64,000 bases of DNA from Candidatus Omnitrophota bacterium. GTDB lineage: Bacteria > Omnitrophota > Gorgyraeia > Duberdicusellales > 4484-171. Under the pieces are notes generated by a model. That model saw only the letters and a program-made list of their open reading frames with translations. It was not told the DNA's origin and searched no databases. Position numbers and translations under genes: made by a program. Each line of letters starts with the position of its first letter. The first letter of the stretch is position 1. The stretch is from the NCBI GenBank assembly GCA_003154195.1, contig PMCS01000030.1, forward strand, positions 59,446 through 123,445, written 5' to 3'. Positions 18,956-29,632 of this stretch are shown in pieces.

Positions 18956-19957
18956 ATGGAAGCTCTCAAATTCAGCATCCTGATGCCTGCCTACAACGGC
19001 GCCGATTTTATCGCTCAAACTTTAAACAGCATCCTGTCGCAGGGTTTTACCGATTACGAGATTGTCATCATCGATGACCATTCAAGTGACGGAACATCCG
19101 ATGTCGTCAATTCTTTTAAAGACGGCCGTATAAGATTTTATAAAAATTCAGCCAATCTGGGTTATCCCGCCAATCTGCGGGAATGCAGCCGGAGAGCGGA
19201 CGGGGATATAATTTATTTGATGGGCCAGGATGATATCTTAGGTAAAGACGCTCTCGCGGATACTTTTCGGGCATTTAATCTTTCTCCGGATATCGGCGCG
19301 GTGACCAGGCCTTATTATTGGTTTGACGCGGCGATTGATAAACCGGTAAGGGCGAAGAAACAGCTTAGTCCCGTTCGCGACGAGATTGTAAGCATCGACG
19401 ACGATGTGCAAAGAGTTATCGCGGTTTTTCATACCCTGGACCAGTTGTCCGGCCTTGCCTTGCGCAAGAAATATATTGATGCGGATTTTCATCAGGATAT
19501 TTTTCCCTGTCATGCTTATCCCTTCGCTTCGATTTTTAAAAAACATTCTGTTGTGTTTCTTAAGGATTATAATATCGCCGTCAGAATCAGGAGCAGCCAA
19601 TGCCGCAACCTGTCATCGATTTATGATAAATCTCCCCTGCAGAGCTGGGTCGATATGTTTAACAGCGTATTCTCTGAAGAGCGGTACAAAAATATAAAAA
19701 AATACTGCATCAAGAATTTTGCCGCCGTTAATTACGTGGGGTTGGTACAGATAAGAAATTATGCCCGGTATCGTTATCTGTGGCGGGAGATCATGCTTTT
19801 GATAAAATACCGTTGGCAGAATATATTCAGCCCGCAATTCTGGTTTTTCAGTTTAGGCACTATCATTATGCCTCCCGCTTTGTTGATACCGTTGGTTGAT
19901 TGGTTTAAAAACAGGGTTAACAGCAAACGTTTCGCTCATATTAAACTTAAGGTATAG
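18956..19957 (+). CDS. GT2 glycosyltransferase
   Basis: SILMPAYN, DDHSSD, GQDD. Confidence 0.88.
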   Translation: MEALKFSILMPAYNGADFIAQTLNSILSQGFTDYEIVIIDDHSSDGTSDVVNSFKDGRIRFYKNSANLGYPANLRECSRRADGDIIYLMGQDDILGKDALADTFRAFNLSPDIGAVTRPYYWFDAAIDKPVRAKKQLSPVRDEIVSIDDDVQRVIAVFHTLDQLSGLALRKKYIDADFHQDIFPCHAYPFASIFKKHSVVFLKDYNIAVRIRSSQCRNLSSIYDKSPLQSWVDMFNSVFSEERYKNIKKYCIKNFAAVNYVGLVQIRNYARYRYLWREIMLLIKYRWQNIFSPQFWFFSLGTIIMPPALLIPLVDWFKNRVNSKRFAHIKLKV

Positions 19958-19970
19958 TAATTTCTTTTTA

Positions 19971-20111
19971 GGGTATCAGGGGATTAGGGTATCAGGATTT
20001 GGGAATTGGGAAATTGGGAGATTGGGGAAAATGCCGAAGAGGCGATAACCGATAACCAAATATCCCAATACCCTAATCTCCAAATCCTAATTTCCCGATA
20101 TCCCAATTTCC
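19971..20111. repeat. Long imperfect inverted repeat of periodic G-rich/C-rich units with G4 motif
   Basis: GGGAATTGGGAAATTGGGAGATTGGGG arm; CCCAATACCCTAATCTCC..CCCAATTTCC arm; central GCCGAAGAGGC. Confidence 0.75.
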
Positions 20112-20139
20112 TTAATTTAAATGAGGCTTAGTCGAGCCT

Positions 20140-21036
20140 ATGAACATAAATAAACTGATTGATTTTCTTCGATGCCCGTATTGTCTTAGTGATGCCCTGT
20201 CGTTAGATAGTAACAAAATTATTTGCGTCGGCTGCGGCGCGAGCTTCGATGTGATCGAAGATGTCCCGATAATGATGAAAAAAGAAAATTTATGCCGCCA
20301 GGAAACAAGCCAGCGGGAGTGGTTTAATCGGCATTATTCCGAATTTTCTAAAGAAGAATATAAACTGGAAAATTGGCGGTTGAGCATGCTGGAACGTATT
20401 TTTGGCGTTTCTTTTAAAGCGAGCGTGAGCCGGTATTTAGATATCGGCTGCGGCGCTACCGGTTATACCGTTATCGAAGCGGCAAAAAGAAACGGCTGGT
20501 GTTCGTTCGGCGCGGATATATCGATTGAGGCGATGCGGCGCGCCCAACATCTGGCAAAGAAGCAGGGAGTCGGCGACCTGACGGGATTTGTTGTCTGCTC
20601 CGCCCAAAACCTGCCTTTTAAGCCGCAATCCCTGGATTATGTTTCGGCGATATCGGTGTTGGAGCATATCGAGGACGATCGGAAAGTCATACAGGGTCTT
20701 TATAATATAACCGCCGACAATGGCTACGCGTATATTTGCGTACCTAATACTTATCGACGCATTTGGCCTTTTTTGTGGCCGGTATATCTATATTTGGATC
20801 ACAAAATAGGGCATAAACGGCATTATTCTATTGAAGCGCTTAATGAAAAAATGGGGGCGAATAACTGCTTTGAGCTGGAAAAAGTTTTTTACAACGGCCA
20901 TCTTATCAAGCTATGGCAGTTAGTTTTAGACAAATTCAAACTAGTGGATAATGGCTGCTGGTGGAAAATGGAAAAAAAAGATATTAACCAATGCGCCCGG
21001 GGAGTCCAGTTGAATGCGATCTATCGAAGAAAATAA
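20140..21036 (+). CDS. Class I SAM methyltransferase with N-terminal Trm112-like zinc ribbon
   Basis: LRCPYC..CVGC..VP; LDIGCG; SVLEH; VPN. Confidence 0.85.
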   Translation: MNINKLIDFLRCPYCLSDALSLDSNKIICVGCGASFDVIEDVPIMMKKENLCRQETSQREWFNRHYSEFSKEEYKLENWRLSMLERIFGVSFKASVSRYLDIGCGATGYTVIEAAKRNGWCSFGADISIEAMRRAQHLAKKQGVGDLTGFVVCSAQNLPFKPQSLDYVSAISVLEHIEDDRKVIQGLYNITADNGYAYICVPNTYRRIWPFLWPVYLYLDHKIGHKRHYSIEALNEKMGANNCFELEKVFYNGHLIKLWQLVLDKFKLVDNGCWWKMEKKDINQCARGVQLNAIYRRK

Positions 21037-22459
21037 TTCAAAAACCGAAACGGTTGTTTTTATCAGCCCGCCTATTTATTTTTCCGGCGGTTTGCCGGTG
21101 GCGTTAGATAGTTCCGTTCCGCCGTTAGGCATTATGTATCTTGCTTCTTATATTAAAAAATATTCCCTCCGGTTTACTCCGGTAGTAATCGATATGGCGG
21201 CGGAAAATATTTCTTTGCGGGACTTAGGCGTAAGGTTAAATAAATTAAAACCTTTTGTCGTGGGGATATCTTCTATGACCCCCCAACTGCAAGGATGCGT
21301 TGAGCTGGCCGGTTTTATTAAAAAAAACGTTTTCCATCGGCCAAAAATATTTTTAGGCGGGCCGCATGTCAGCGCTGACAGCGATTTTGTTAATCGATTT
21401 AGGGATATTTTTGATTACGCGATTACCGGTGAAGCGGAAAAAACATTTTTAGAATCGATCGAGAAGCTCGCGCGCGGCCAGGATGTCCCGGCGGTACAGG
21501 CGGGGGAGGTTATCGATGATTTAGATAAAATTCCCTTTCCCGATAAAAGCCTTATCGAGAGAAAAAAATACAGCGAATATGAGTCGATGATTTTTTCCCG
21601 AGGCTGCCCTTATAGTTGTTATTATTGCAGCCGGCCGGCGATTAGCAAAACTGTCCGCTACCGGTCGGCGGAAAATCTTATTCAGGAAATAAAATATGTC
21701 TATGATTTTTGCGCCGGAAAAATTGATTTTCAGGATGATACTTTTACGATTAATAAAAAAGCGGTTTTTGATTTTTGTGCCGCGGCCGCCCGCGAAAAAC
21801 TGCGGTTAACCTGGCGCTGCAACACCAGGATAGATTTAGTCGACGAGGAATTGCTGCGCGCGATGAAAGCCGGCGGCTGTGAGCTGATACATTTTGGCAT
21901 AGAATCCGCCAGTGAAAAATTGCGCCGGGGCGTTATACAAAAGGGTAATTTTACCAATGAGCAGATAATAAATGTTTTAGCGATGTGCCGGAAACTGAAA
22001 ATTAAAGCCGCCGGATATTTTATGATCGGCCATCCCGGAGAGACGAAAGAAGAAGTAAAAGAAACGAAAGATATGATTCTGCGCTCCGGTTTTGACCTGA
22101 TGGGTTTATCCATCCCTACACCTTTTCCCGGCTCAAACCTCTACGATATCGCCGAAGCGAAGGGAATAGTAAATAAGCAGGTTATCGACCGGTTCGCGCG
22201 AAAAGAGATGGGGGAGGGTTATACCGGTATTTATCCTGTCTATACCGGCGAGGGCATTACTAAAGATTATTTGTTTTCGTTGATGAAAGAGATTAACCGT
22301 AAATTTTACGTAAATTTGCGGATGTTTTTAAGGAAATTGGCGCAAGATTTATTTTCCTGGCATAAACTGGCGCAGGACGCGCGCGATTTATTTTCTCTTC
22401 TTGTCCGTGGAGTTTCGTCGCGCAAACCTTATGTCGCCGGCAGGAGAGGCTCTCAATAA
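21014..22459 (+). CDS. Cobalamin-binding (class B) radical SAM protein
   Basis: PPLG, GGPHVS, SRGCPYSCYYC, GIES, PFPGS. Confidence 0.9.
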   Translation: MRSIEENNSKTETVVFISPPIYFSGGLPVALDSSVPPLGIMYLASYIKKYSLRFTPVVIDMAAENISLRDLGVRLNKLKPFVVGISSMTPQLQGCVELAGFIKKNVFHRPKIFLGGPHVSADSDFVNRFRDIFDYAITGEAEKTFLESIEKLARGQDVPAVQAGEVIDDLDKIPFPDKSLIERKKYSEYESMIFSRGCPYSCYYCSRPAISKTVRYRSAENLIQEIKYVYDFCAGKIDFQDDTFTINKKAVFDFCAAAAREKLRLTWRCNTRIDLVDEELLRAMKAGGCELIHFGIESASEKLRRGVIQKGNFTNEQIINVLAMCRKLKIKAAGYFMIGHPGETKEEVKETKDMILRSGFDLMGLSIPTPFPGSNLYDIAEAKGIVNKQVIDRFARKEMGEGYTGIYPVYTGEGITKDYLFSLMKEINRKFYVNLRMFLRKLAQDLFSWHKLAQDARDLFSLLVRGVSSRKPYVAGRRGSQ

Positions 22460-22461
22460 CT

Positions 22462-23445
22462 ATGCCACCAAAAGTATCGATTATCACCGTAAGTTTTAAC
22501 GGCCGCGGCTTTCTCGATAGTTTTTTTAATTCGTTGGCCGGGCTTGATTATCGTAATACCGAATTGATTTTTGTCGATAATGCGTCATCAGATGGCAGCG
22601 TTGGCTATGTAAAACAAAATTGCCCTGCGGCGATTGTGGTCGAGAATAAGGACAATCTTGGTTTTTGCGTTGCCAATAACGAAGCGGTTGAACGCGCTTC
22701 CGGCGACTACTTATTTTTTCTCAATAATGATACTAAAATCGATCGGCAGGCGATCAATGTTTTGGTCGAAGCGATGGATGCGGATAAGAACATCGGCATC
22801 TGCGGCTGCCGGATGAATAGTTTCGACGGCAAAAAGTATTTTCATACCGGTATCGGCCTGGATATTTTCGGATACCCGGTGGCGTACGGCCCGGTATTTT
22901 ACGCCGAAGGTTCGGCGATGATGATGCGCAAAGAGTTTTTCCAAAGCCTGGGAGGTTTTGATTCGAAGTATTTTATGTTTCACGAAGATGTGGATATCGC
23001 CTGGCGGGCATGGCTTTATGGTTATAAAGTCGTTGCCTGTGATAAAGCGATAGTTTATCATATGCTCGGCGCCAGCGCCGGAGGCAATATTAAAGAAGGC
23101 AAGTATAGATCCACGCTATCCCGGCGGTACCTATCCGAGCGTAATAATATCCGGACTCTTTTAAAAAATTACAGCACGCGTTTTCTTGTTTTATTCCTGC
23201 CGTTCTACGTGATGATTAACGCGGCGGAAATGTTTTTATTTTTAATCATCGGCCAGGCCAAGGTTTGCGCCTGCTACCTAAGGGCTTATCTATGGAATAT
23301 CAGAAATATCGAAGATACCCTGAATGAACGCCGCCGTATTCAAGAGCAGAGAAAAGTTTCCGATGCATCGATTATAAGAAAAATGGCGATAACCGCGGGG
23401 AAATTTTTTGCTTTACGCCGGACCGGCGTCCCGTATTTTAAATGA
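22462..23445 (+). CDS. GT2 glycosyltransferase (rhamnosyltransferase-like)
   Basis: VDNASSDGS, NLGF..ANN, FLNND, GGFD..FMFHEDVD. Confidence 0.9.
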   Translation: MPPKVSIITVSFNGRGFLDSFFNSLAGLDYRNTELIFVDNASSDGSVGYVKQNCPAAIVVENKDNLGFCVANNEAVERASGDYLFFLNNDTKIDRQAINVLVEAMDADKNIGICGCRMNSFDGKKYFHTGIGLDIFGYPVAYGPVFYAEGSAMMMRKEFFQSLGGFDSKYFMFHEDVDIAWRAWLYGYKVVACDKAIVYHMLGASAGGNIKEGKYRSTLSRRYLSERNNIRTLLKNYSTRFLVLFLPFYVMINAAEMFLFLIIGQAKVCACYLRAYLWNIRNIEDTLNERRRIQEQRKVSDASIIRKMAITAGKFFALRRTGVPYFK

Positions 23446-23613
23446 TTCGCGCAGTACAAAAAATAACTCCAGCTAAAAAATCAGTATTTTAGGTATAAAT
23501 ATCAAACGTTTTTCTTTTGGTTTTATATTTCAATCCACAAAAAAAGAAGCTAATTATTTGGTATAGCATTTTGCGATACTATCAAAACGCGGCCTCGGCA
23601 GTTTAAATTATTA

Positions 23614-23642
23614 TTGACAAATAGTATATACTATGGTATATA
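23614..23642 (+). promoter_or_regulatory. vapBC promoter with palindromic operator
   Basis: TTGACA-17-TATATA; perfect palindrome ATAGTATATACTAT (23621-23634) in the spacer; GGAGG SD. Confidence 0.75.
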
Positions 23643-23659
23643 TTATTTGGAGGGAAAAT

Positions 23660-23887
23660 ATGACAACAGCTAAATTATTTGCCAACGGACGCAGTCAGGC
23701 GGTGCGCTTGCCCTATGAATGCCGTTTTAAAGGCAAGGAAGTGTACATCAACAGAATCGGGAATATGGTTATTCTTCTATCGAAAAACGACCCCTGGCAC
23801 GGTTTGATAAAGAGCCTGGGCGAGTTTAGCGCCGATTTTATGAAAAAACGCGTTCAACCGCGCCTGCAAAAACGAAAAATAACGTGA
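23660..23887 (+). CDS. vapB: VapB antitoxin (AbrB/VagC-type)
   Basis: AKLFANGRSQAVRLP; SD before ATG 23660; overlaps vapC start. Confidence 0.93.
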   Translation: MTTAKLFANGRSQAVRLPYECRFKGKEVYINRIGNMVILLSKNDPWHGLIKSLGEFSADFMKKRVQPRLQKRKIT

Positions 23888-24282
23888 AGTATCTTTTAGA
23901 TACAAATATATGCGTTTATATTATCCGCAAACAACCGGCGGAAGCGCTTATGCGCATACAGCGCCTGCGTGTATCCGATATCGGTATATCCGTTATTACT
24001 TTAAGCGAACTTGAAGTCGGAGTCGAAAAAAGCGCCGCGCCTGAGCGTAACCGTATTGCCTTGCTTGAGTTTATTTCTCCTCTCAAGATATATTCTTTCG
24101 AGAGTACGGCCGCCCGCGAATACGGCCGTTTGCGAGCGTTGATGGAAAAAGAAGGTAAAACCATAGGTTCGTTTGATATGCTAATCGCGGCTCATGCGTT
24201 GGCGCTTAGCCTGACGCTCGTGACTAATAATCTGAAAGAGTTTAAAAAAGTTCCGGGTTTGGTTGTCGAAACTTGGATTTGA
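23884..24282 (+). CDS. vapC: VapC PIN-domain toxin
   Basis: YLLDTNIC, SEL, D.LIAAHA, LVTNN..EF. Confidence 0.95.
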   Translation: MKYLLDTNICVYIIRKQPAEALMRIQRLRVSDIGISVITLSELEVGVEKSAAPERNRIALLEFISPLKIYSFESTAAREYGRLRALMEKEGKTIGSFDMLIAAHALALSLTLVTNNLKEFKKVPGLVVETWI

Positions 24283-24419
24283 GTACATTGCTTCAACTAA
24301 TCCTGATTACCGTAACTAAAGAAAAGTTTAAATTTCTTCTTCGCGCCTACCGTTTTGTGACCCCTTATTTTTTCTGGAAAAAAAGATAGCCATATATTTA
24401 CTTAAACGGTATACTGGTT

Positions 24420-25043
24420 ATGCTTATGTCTGCATACGAAATTAACCGCAATCCTTATGGTACACATTGCCTGATTGCGCGGGAGATTGGCCGCGAAAGA
24501 ACGGTTCTGGACGCCGGGTGTAACAAGGGCTATTTAAAAACCCTTGCCGGGAACAATGTATTTTATGGGATTGACCACAATGATGAGGACCTGGCTGACG
24601 CCAAAAGTGCTGGTTACCGGGAAGTTTATAAATTGGATTTAAACCATTACGAGCAATTTAAAAGCGGCCAGAAGTTTGATGTGATTGTTTTTGCTGATAT
24701 CCTGGAACATTTAATCTATCCCGATAAGGCGTTAAGCTTTTTTACCAAAAATTATTTAAACGAAGGCGGAAAAGTAATAATTTCTTTGCCCAACGTAGCC
24801 CATTTTTCTACCCGCCTTAGTCTACTATTAGGAAATTTTGATTCCGCCGAAAGTGGGATACTGGACAAAACACACCTGCATTTGTATACTTTAAAAACCG
24901 CGCGGTTGTTTATCAAGCCATGCGGGTTGCGGATAATTAAAGAAAAATTTAGTTCCAATAATTTCGGTAAAATCATTGAGTTATTTCCTTTTTTGGGTTC
25001 CCTCCTTGGGTTTAACCTGATATTCGTATGCCAAAAACAATAA
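24420..25043 (+). CDS. Class I SAM methyltransferase
   Basis: LDAGCNKG, ADILEH, SLPN, GILDKTH. Confidence 0.88.
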   Translation: MLMSAYEINRNPYGTHCLIAREIGRERTVLDAGCNKGYLKTLAGNNVFYGIDHNDEDLADAKSAGYREVYKLDLNHYEQFKSGQKFDVIVFADILEHLIYPDKALSFFTKNYLNEGGKVIISLPNVAHFSTRLSLLLGNFDSAESGILDKTHLHLYTLKTARLFIKPCGLRIIKEKFSSNNFGKIIELFPFLGSLLGFNLIFVCQKQ

Positions 25044-26185
25044 TCGTAAACGCGGTCACCCTGGAAGGCGCCAACATTGTTCCTTTATTGACCAAGATGG
25101 AGTGGTATCGGAAAAACGGTTTTAGCGTTACCTTTTTCGGCAACCGCCGGCTTAAAGAACGCATCGACGAATTAAAGATCATCAGGGAATTTAATTTTAT
25201 CTTGTTGGAACGAACCGCGGAAATTAAAACCAAAGTAAATTTAATTTTCCAGGGGCTTAAAAGAAATTTTTCTGCTGTATCTTTTTTGAAAGATATTGCC
25301 GGAAAATATGATGTTGTTTATTCGGTTTCATCCGTCCTTGACCTGATTATTTTTCCCTATCTTTTAAAAAGAGCGGACCGGAAAATAATCTGGGTGACGG
25401 TATTTGACAATATTGTTCCTTTTTCTGACCCCGGCAATAGATTTATACGTTTTTTGTCGTGGCTGTTTTTTAAAATAAGCCTGATTTTGCTGAAGCGCGC
25501 CGATTGGGTTTTTGTTATTTCCCCAGAGTTGAAATATTTTTTAACCGGCCGGGGCTTTAAAGAAGAAAGTATTGTTGTCACCGGCAATGCCGTCGAGGGC
25601 GAATTGATCAGGCAGGCAAAAAAAGACGGCGCCCGCAATATTGATGCCTTATTTGTCGGCAGAATCAACGAAACAAAAGGAATCTTTGATATGTTGAAGG
25701 TTCTCGATATCGTAAAAACAAAATATCCAGATTTCCAATTGGCGGTTATGGGTGGCGGCGATGCGCGAACCGAGCAGCGGTTCAGGAATAAGATTAAAGC
25801 GTTGGCGCTGGAGAAGAATGTGCAATTTTTAGGCTATAAAAGCGGCATCGAGAAATTTAATATTATTAAAAGCAGTAAATGTTTCTGGTTTTTAAGCGTG
25901 AGTGCCAGCGAAAGCTTCGGCGTGGCGTTGCTTGAGGCGGTATGCTGCGGCCTGCCGGCGTTTGTTTATGACCTGTTGCCTTATCGGAATATTTATAAAA
26001 ATAACGAAGTATTTGTTTTTAAAAAAAATGATTATGAAGCGGTCGCCCAGGGAGTTATAAAATTATTCGCCGGCAGTGTATTTGAAAACAAGCGGGGGGC
26101 GTTGCTCGCGGATAAGTATAGTTGGGAACGGATTGCGGATATTGAATTTAATTCATTTAACACTAATTTGAACGGGCATTCATGA
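25028..26185 (+). CDS. GT4 glycosyltransferase
   Basis: FVGRI..KG, ESFGVALLEA (Ex7E). Confidence 0.88.
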   Translation: MPKTIIVNAVTLEGANIVPLLTKMEWYRKNGFSVTFFGNRRLKERIDELKIIREFNFILLERTAEIKTKVNLIFQGLKRNFSAVSFLKDIAGKYDVVYSVSSVLDLIIFPYLLKRADRKIIWVTVFDNIVPFSDPGNRFIRFLSWLFFKISLILLKRADWVFVISPELKYFLTGRGFKEESIVVTGNAVEGELIRQAKKDGARNIDALFVGRINETKGIFDMLKVLDIVKTKYPDFQLAVMGGGDARTEQRFRNKIKALALEKNVQFLGYKSGIEKFNIIKSSKCFWFLSVSASESFGVALLEAVCCGLPAFVYDLLPYRNIYKNNEVFVFKKNDYEAVAQGVIKLFAGSVFENKRGALLADKYSWERIADIEFNSFNTNLNGHS

Positions 26186-26868
26186 AGAAGAATATTTACG
26201 AAAATCTTTATAGCGCGCAGGACAGCCTTGATTTATCGCATTGCCAACGCCTGGCGATTATGCTGGATATGGTAAACTGCCGGGATTTCGCAAACAGGAA
26301 AATACTGGATATCGGTTGCCATGACGGGGCGTTTCTATCCCGGATAAAAAACAGGAATAACGAGTTTTACGGCATTGAAGCCGCTGATTTCGCGGTTGAT
26401 AAGGCCAGGGAGAAAGGGATAAAAGTAGAAAAATTCTTTTTTGACGATACAAGCGCGTTGCCTTTTGCCGACGGTTTTTTTGACCTGATTGTCGCGGGGG
26501 AAATAATCGAGCATATCTACGATACCGATTTTTTTCTTTCGGAAATAAAAAGGTTGTTAAAAATTGACGGATATTTGCTTATTTCTACCCCGAATATCGC
26601 TTCCCTGGGCCGGCGGCTGATGCTTCTTCTGGGGTTTAACCCGATTATTGAAGTATCGCCCAATGAAAAAGGTAGCTGCGGCCATATCCGCTATTTTACT
26701 TTTAAAACTCTGCGCGGTATTTTAGAAAAACATGGATTTATTCTTATCGCCGGCAGGTCCGATGTGGTTAATTTTTCCGGGGGAGGAAGGTTGAAGTCGT
26801 CGTTTCTGGCTGATATTTTTCCCGCTTTAGGGCAAAGCGTTATCTATTTTTGTCAAAGGAAAGCATAA
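26182..26868 (+). CDS. Class I SAM methyltransferase
   Basis: LDIGCHDG, LPF..FD..GEIIEH, STPN. Confidence 0.88.
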   Translation: MKKNIYENLYSAQDSLDLSHCQRLAIMLDMVNCRDFANRKILDIGCHDGAFLSRIKNRNNEFYGIEAADFAVDKAREKGIKVEKFFFDDTSALPFADGFFDLIVAGEIIEHIYDTDFFLSEIKRLLKIDGYLLISTPNIASLGRRLMLLLGFNPIIEVSPNEKGSCGHIRYFTFKTLRGILEKHGFILIAGRSDVVNFSGGGRLKSSFLADIFPALGQSVIYFCQRKA

Positions 26869-28715
26869 TGAAAAAACACCTGATTGCGGCAATAATCTTA
26901 ATCATTTTGATTGCGGCAATAACTTTCCCCCTGGTTTTTAAGGTTACGACGCATATCCCCGGATTTTTTTCCAGCGACGAGCCCTACGCGCCGCTCTGGG
27001 ATTCCTGGCGTATCCAGAATAGCTACCAGCATCATTCTTCGTTTGCCGACACCAATTTGATTCGTTATCCCCAGGGCGCCAAGCTTTACGAATCAGGGTA
27101 TTTGACTTATCTCTGGATAGGCTGGTTTTATTTCCTGAGTATTTTTACTACGCCGGTATTGGCTTACAATATACAAATTTTGTTTAATTTTTTTCTGGCG
27201 GGAATTTTTACTTATTTTTTGATTTTTTATTTAACCGCTCGGCGTCCCGCCGCCTTATTCGGCGCGATAATTTTCGCGTTCTGTCCGTATCAATTCAGCC
27301 GCGCCTGGCAGCACCTGAGCCTTACTTATAACCAATGGATTCCCATGGCTTTTCTGGCCGCGATTGCTTTAAAAGAAAACCCTTCCCGGAAAAATTTACT
27401 TTTTTTCGCCGCGGCGATATTCATGCTTTTTTCTTTTGACTATACGATAATGTTTTTGACCGGCATCGGCCTGCTGGCATGGTTCGGCTACGCTTTTATT
27501 TATTATTTCCGGCGTAAAGGCGGCCTCGGCGACGAAGTTTTTAAAAAATACCTAAGTTACTTTAAAAAATCATTTGTTGCCGGTGTTCTGGTATTAGCGA
27601 TACTTTCGCCGCAATTTTTCCCAATCATTAAAAATCGGCTTATGCTTTCGTCAAAAACCCAAGCCGGAGCTTATAATTCGCATCGGCGTTCTTTTAACGA
27701 TTTATTCGAACAATCGGCGCGGCCGTTAAGTTATTTTTTGCCGCCGGCGACACACCCGGTTTTGGGAAAATTTACCGAAAGCCTGGTCGGCTCAAATATT
27801 TATGGGTCAAGCTTTACCGAGCATGCGCTTTATCTGGGGTGGTTGCCGCTGGCCTTTGCGTTTTTAGCGTACCGGCGTTGGAGGAAGAACCAAAAGAGAA
27901 AAGGCGTGGTGAAGGATATGCGCGATGCTTTTGAGCGAATAACAGGCATTGAAAAGATAACGGCGCAAGAAGATATCTATCTTGGATTTTTTATTTGGCT
28001 TGCTGTTGTTGCCTGGTTATTTTCCCAGCCGCCCTGGTGGGAAATCGGCCCGCTTAAAATTTATATGCCTTCTTTTTTTATGTATAAGCTTTTACCGATG
28101 TTTCGGGCCTATTGCCGTTTTGGCATTGTTCTACAATTAGCCGTTGCTGTCCTCGCTGCCTTCGGTTTAAAATATATTATGGAAAAATACAGGGGCAAAA
28201 TAAAACAACGCATCATAGCCGGATTGTGTTGCGGCGTTGTTTTATTTGAGTTTTGGAGTTGGCCGCCCTATAAGGTTATAAACGTATCAAAAGCGCCGGA
28301 AGTTTACTCCTGGCTTAAGAATCAGCCGGGCAATTTTGTTATCGCCCAGTACCCTCTTGACGTTAAGGGGCCCAATGATGTCCGCAAGTTTTACCAGATT
28401 TTTCATCACCGGCCGATGATCAACGCTACTCTTCCTGATACTGAGTCTAATGAAATTGCAAAAAAGATGGTTAAACTTTCCGATTTTAAAACTGCCCGGC
28501 AGCTTGCCGCGATGAAAGTCAAATATGTTTTAGTCCATCGTCAGGAATATTTAGATACCGAGCTGGTCAGCGAGAGAGAAGAATTAGGCAGTATTGCCAA
28601 GAACCACGGTCTGCGATTTGTCCGTAACTTTTCTGCCGAAGGTTGTGATCCCGGTGAAATGTGCGTCCAGGTAACCGGCCCGGTGGATGTGTACGAAGTT
28701 GTTGCGAAACATTAA
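26868..28715 (+). CDS. Polytopic membrane protein (GT-C/YfhO-like)
   Basis: Many TMs, AFCPY..H, YLG, FRAYCRF; TAATG coupling. Confidence 0.6.
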   Translation: MKKHLIAAIILIILIAAITFPLVFKVTTHIPGFFSSDEPYAPLWDSWRIQNSYQHHSSFADTNLIRYPQGAKLYESGYLTYLWIGWFYFLSIFTTPVLAYNIQILFNFFLAGIFTYFLIFYLTARRPAALFGAIIFAFCPYQFSRAWQHLSLTYNQWIPMAFLAAIALKENPSRKNLLFFAAAIFMLFSFDYTIMFLTGIGLLAWFGYAFIYYFRRKGGLGDEVFKKYLSYFKKSFVAGVLVLAILSPQFFPIIKNRLMLSSKTQAGAYNSHRRSFNDLFEQSARPLSYFLPPATHPVLGKFTESLVGSNIYGSSFTEHALYLGWLPLAFAFLAYRRWRKNQKRKGVVKDMRDAFERITGIEKITAQEDIYLGFFIWLAVVAWLFSQPPWWEIGPLKIYMPSFFMYKLLPMFRAYCRFGIVLQLAVAVLAAFGLKYIMEKYRGKIKQRIIAGLCCGVVLFEFWSWPPYKVINVSKAPEVYSWLKNQPGNFVIAQYPLDVKGPNDVRKFYQIFHHRPMINATLPDTESNEIAKKMVKLSDFKTARQLAAMKVKYVLVHRQEYLDTELVSEREELGSIAKNHGLRFVRNFSAEGCDPGEMCVQVTGPVDVYEVVAKH

Positions 28716-28735
28716 GTTTCTAAAACTAAAAAATT

Positions 28736-28820
28736 TTGTCCACAGATTTCGCTGATTTGCGGGAACAATAAAAATTTGTTCTGATTCATAATCTGAAAAA
28801 TCTGAGCAATCAGTGGACAA
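28736..28820. repeat. Gene-less inverted-repeat pair (CACAGAT..ATC(A/T)GTG family)
   Basis: TTGTCCACAGATT ... AATCAGTGGACAA; relatives at ~52120-52176 and ~53645-53749. Confidence 0.6.
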
Positions 28821-28838
28821 TATTTTTGGTTAAATTAG

Positions 28839-29510
28839 ATGAAAAAGTTAAAATTTAAACCCCAGGCGGTTATTTTTGATATGGACGGCGTCATCGTTGA
28901 TTCGATGCCGTATCACTTTATAGCCTGGTATGAGGCGCTGCGGCCTTACGGGGTAAGAGTAACTTGCTTTGACGTATTTGCAAAAGAAGGGGAGCAATGG
29001 GAAAAATCATTGCGATATTTTTTGAGGCGCGCCGGGATAAAGCCTACGGCACAGCTTCTGGCGGAAATCTTCGCGCGGCGCCGGAAAATCTTTAAGAAAA
29101 ATTTTAAACGTTTTCTTTTTAAGGGCGCGGTTGAACTCTTGTTTCGTTTAAAAAATAACGGTTATTTGTTGGGTTTAGTGACGGGTACGCCGCTGGCCCA
29201 GGTAAAAAAGATTCTTCCTCCCCGGATCTTTAATTTGTTCGAGGCGGTTATCACCGGCGACAGGGTCAAAAAAGGCAAGCCCCATCCCCAGCCTTATTTA
29301 ACCGCGGCGTGCGCTCTTAAGCTTAAACCGAAGCGGTGCCTGGTGATTGAAAATGCTCCCTTTGGCATTGAGTCTGCCGGCAAAGCGGGGATGTATTGTG
29401 TGGCGGTAACTACCAGTTTACCCGCGCAATATCTGGGTATGGCCGATATGGTTGTCGACACGTTAGAAGATGTTTCCCTCCTTATCAAATCCTGCGCCTC
29501 AAATAATTAG
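28839..29510 (+). CDS. HAD-superfamily phosphatase (beta-PGM-like)
   Basis: FDMDGV, KPHP, IENAP.G. Confidence 0.9.
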   Translation: MKKLKFKPQAVIFDMDGVIVDSMPYHFIAWYEALRPYGVRVTCFDVFAKEGEQWEKSLRYFLRRAGIKPTAQLLAEIFARRRKIFKKNFKRFLFKGAVELLFRLKNNGYLLGLVTGTPLAQVKKILPPRIFNLFEAVITGDRVKKGKPHPQPYLTAACALKLKPKRCLVIENAPFGIESAGKAGMYCVAVTTSLPAQYLGMADMVVDTLEDVSLLIKSCASNN

Positions 29511-29632
29511 CTTTATTACCAACCCTTGTTTTAGTATAATAACTTAAGGATATACTAATTTACCCCGTTAGAGAAAGTTCATCCCGTTAGAAGTACGCTT
29601 CTAACGGGGTTTACTTTTAGGAGACCAATCCC

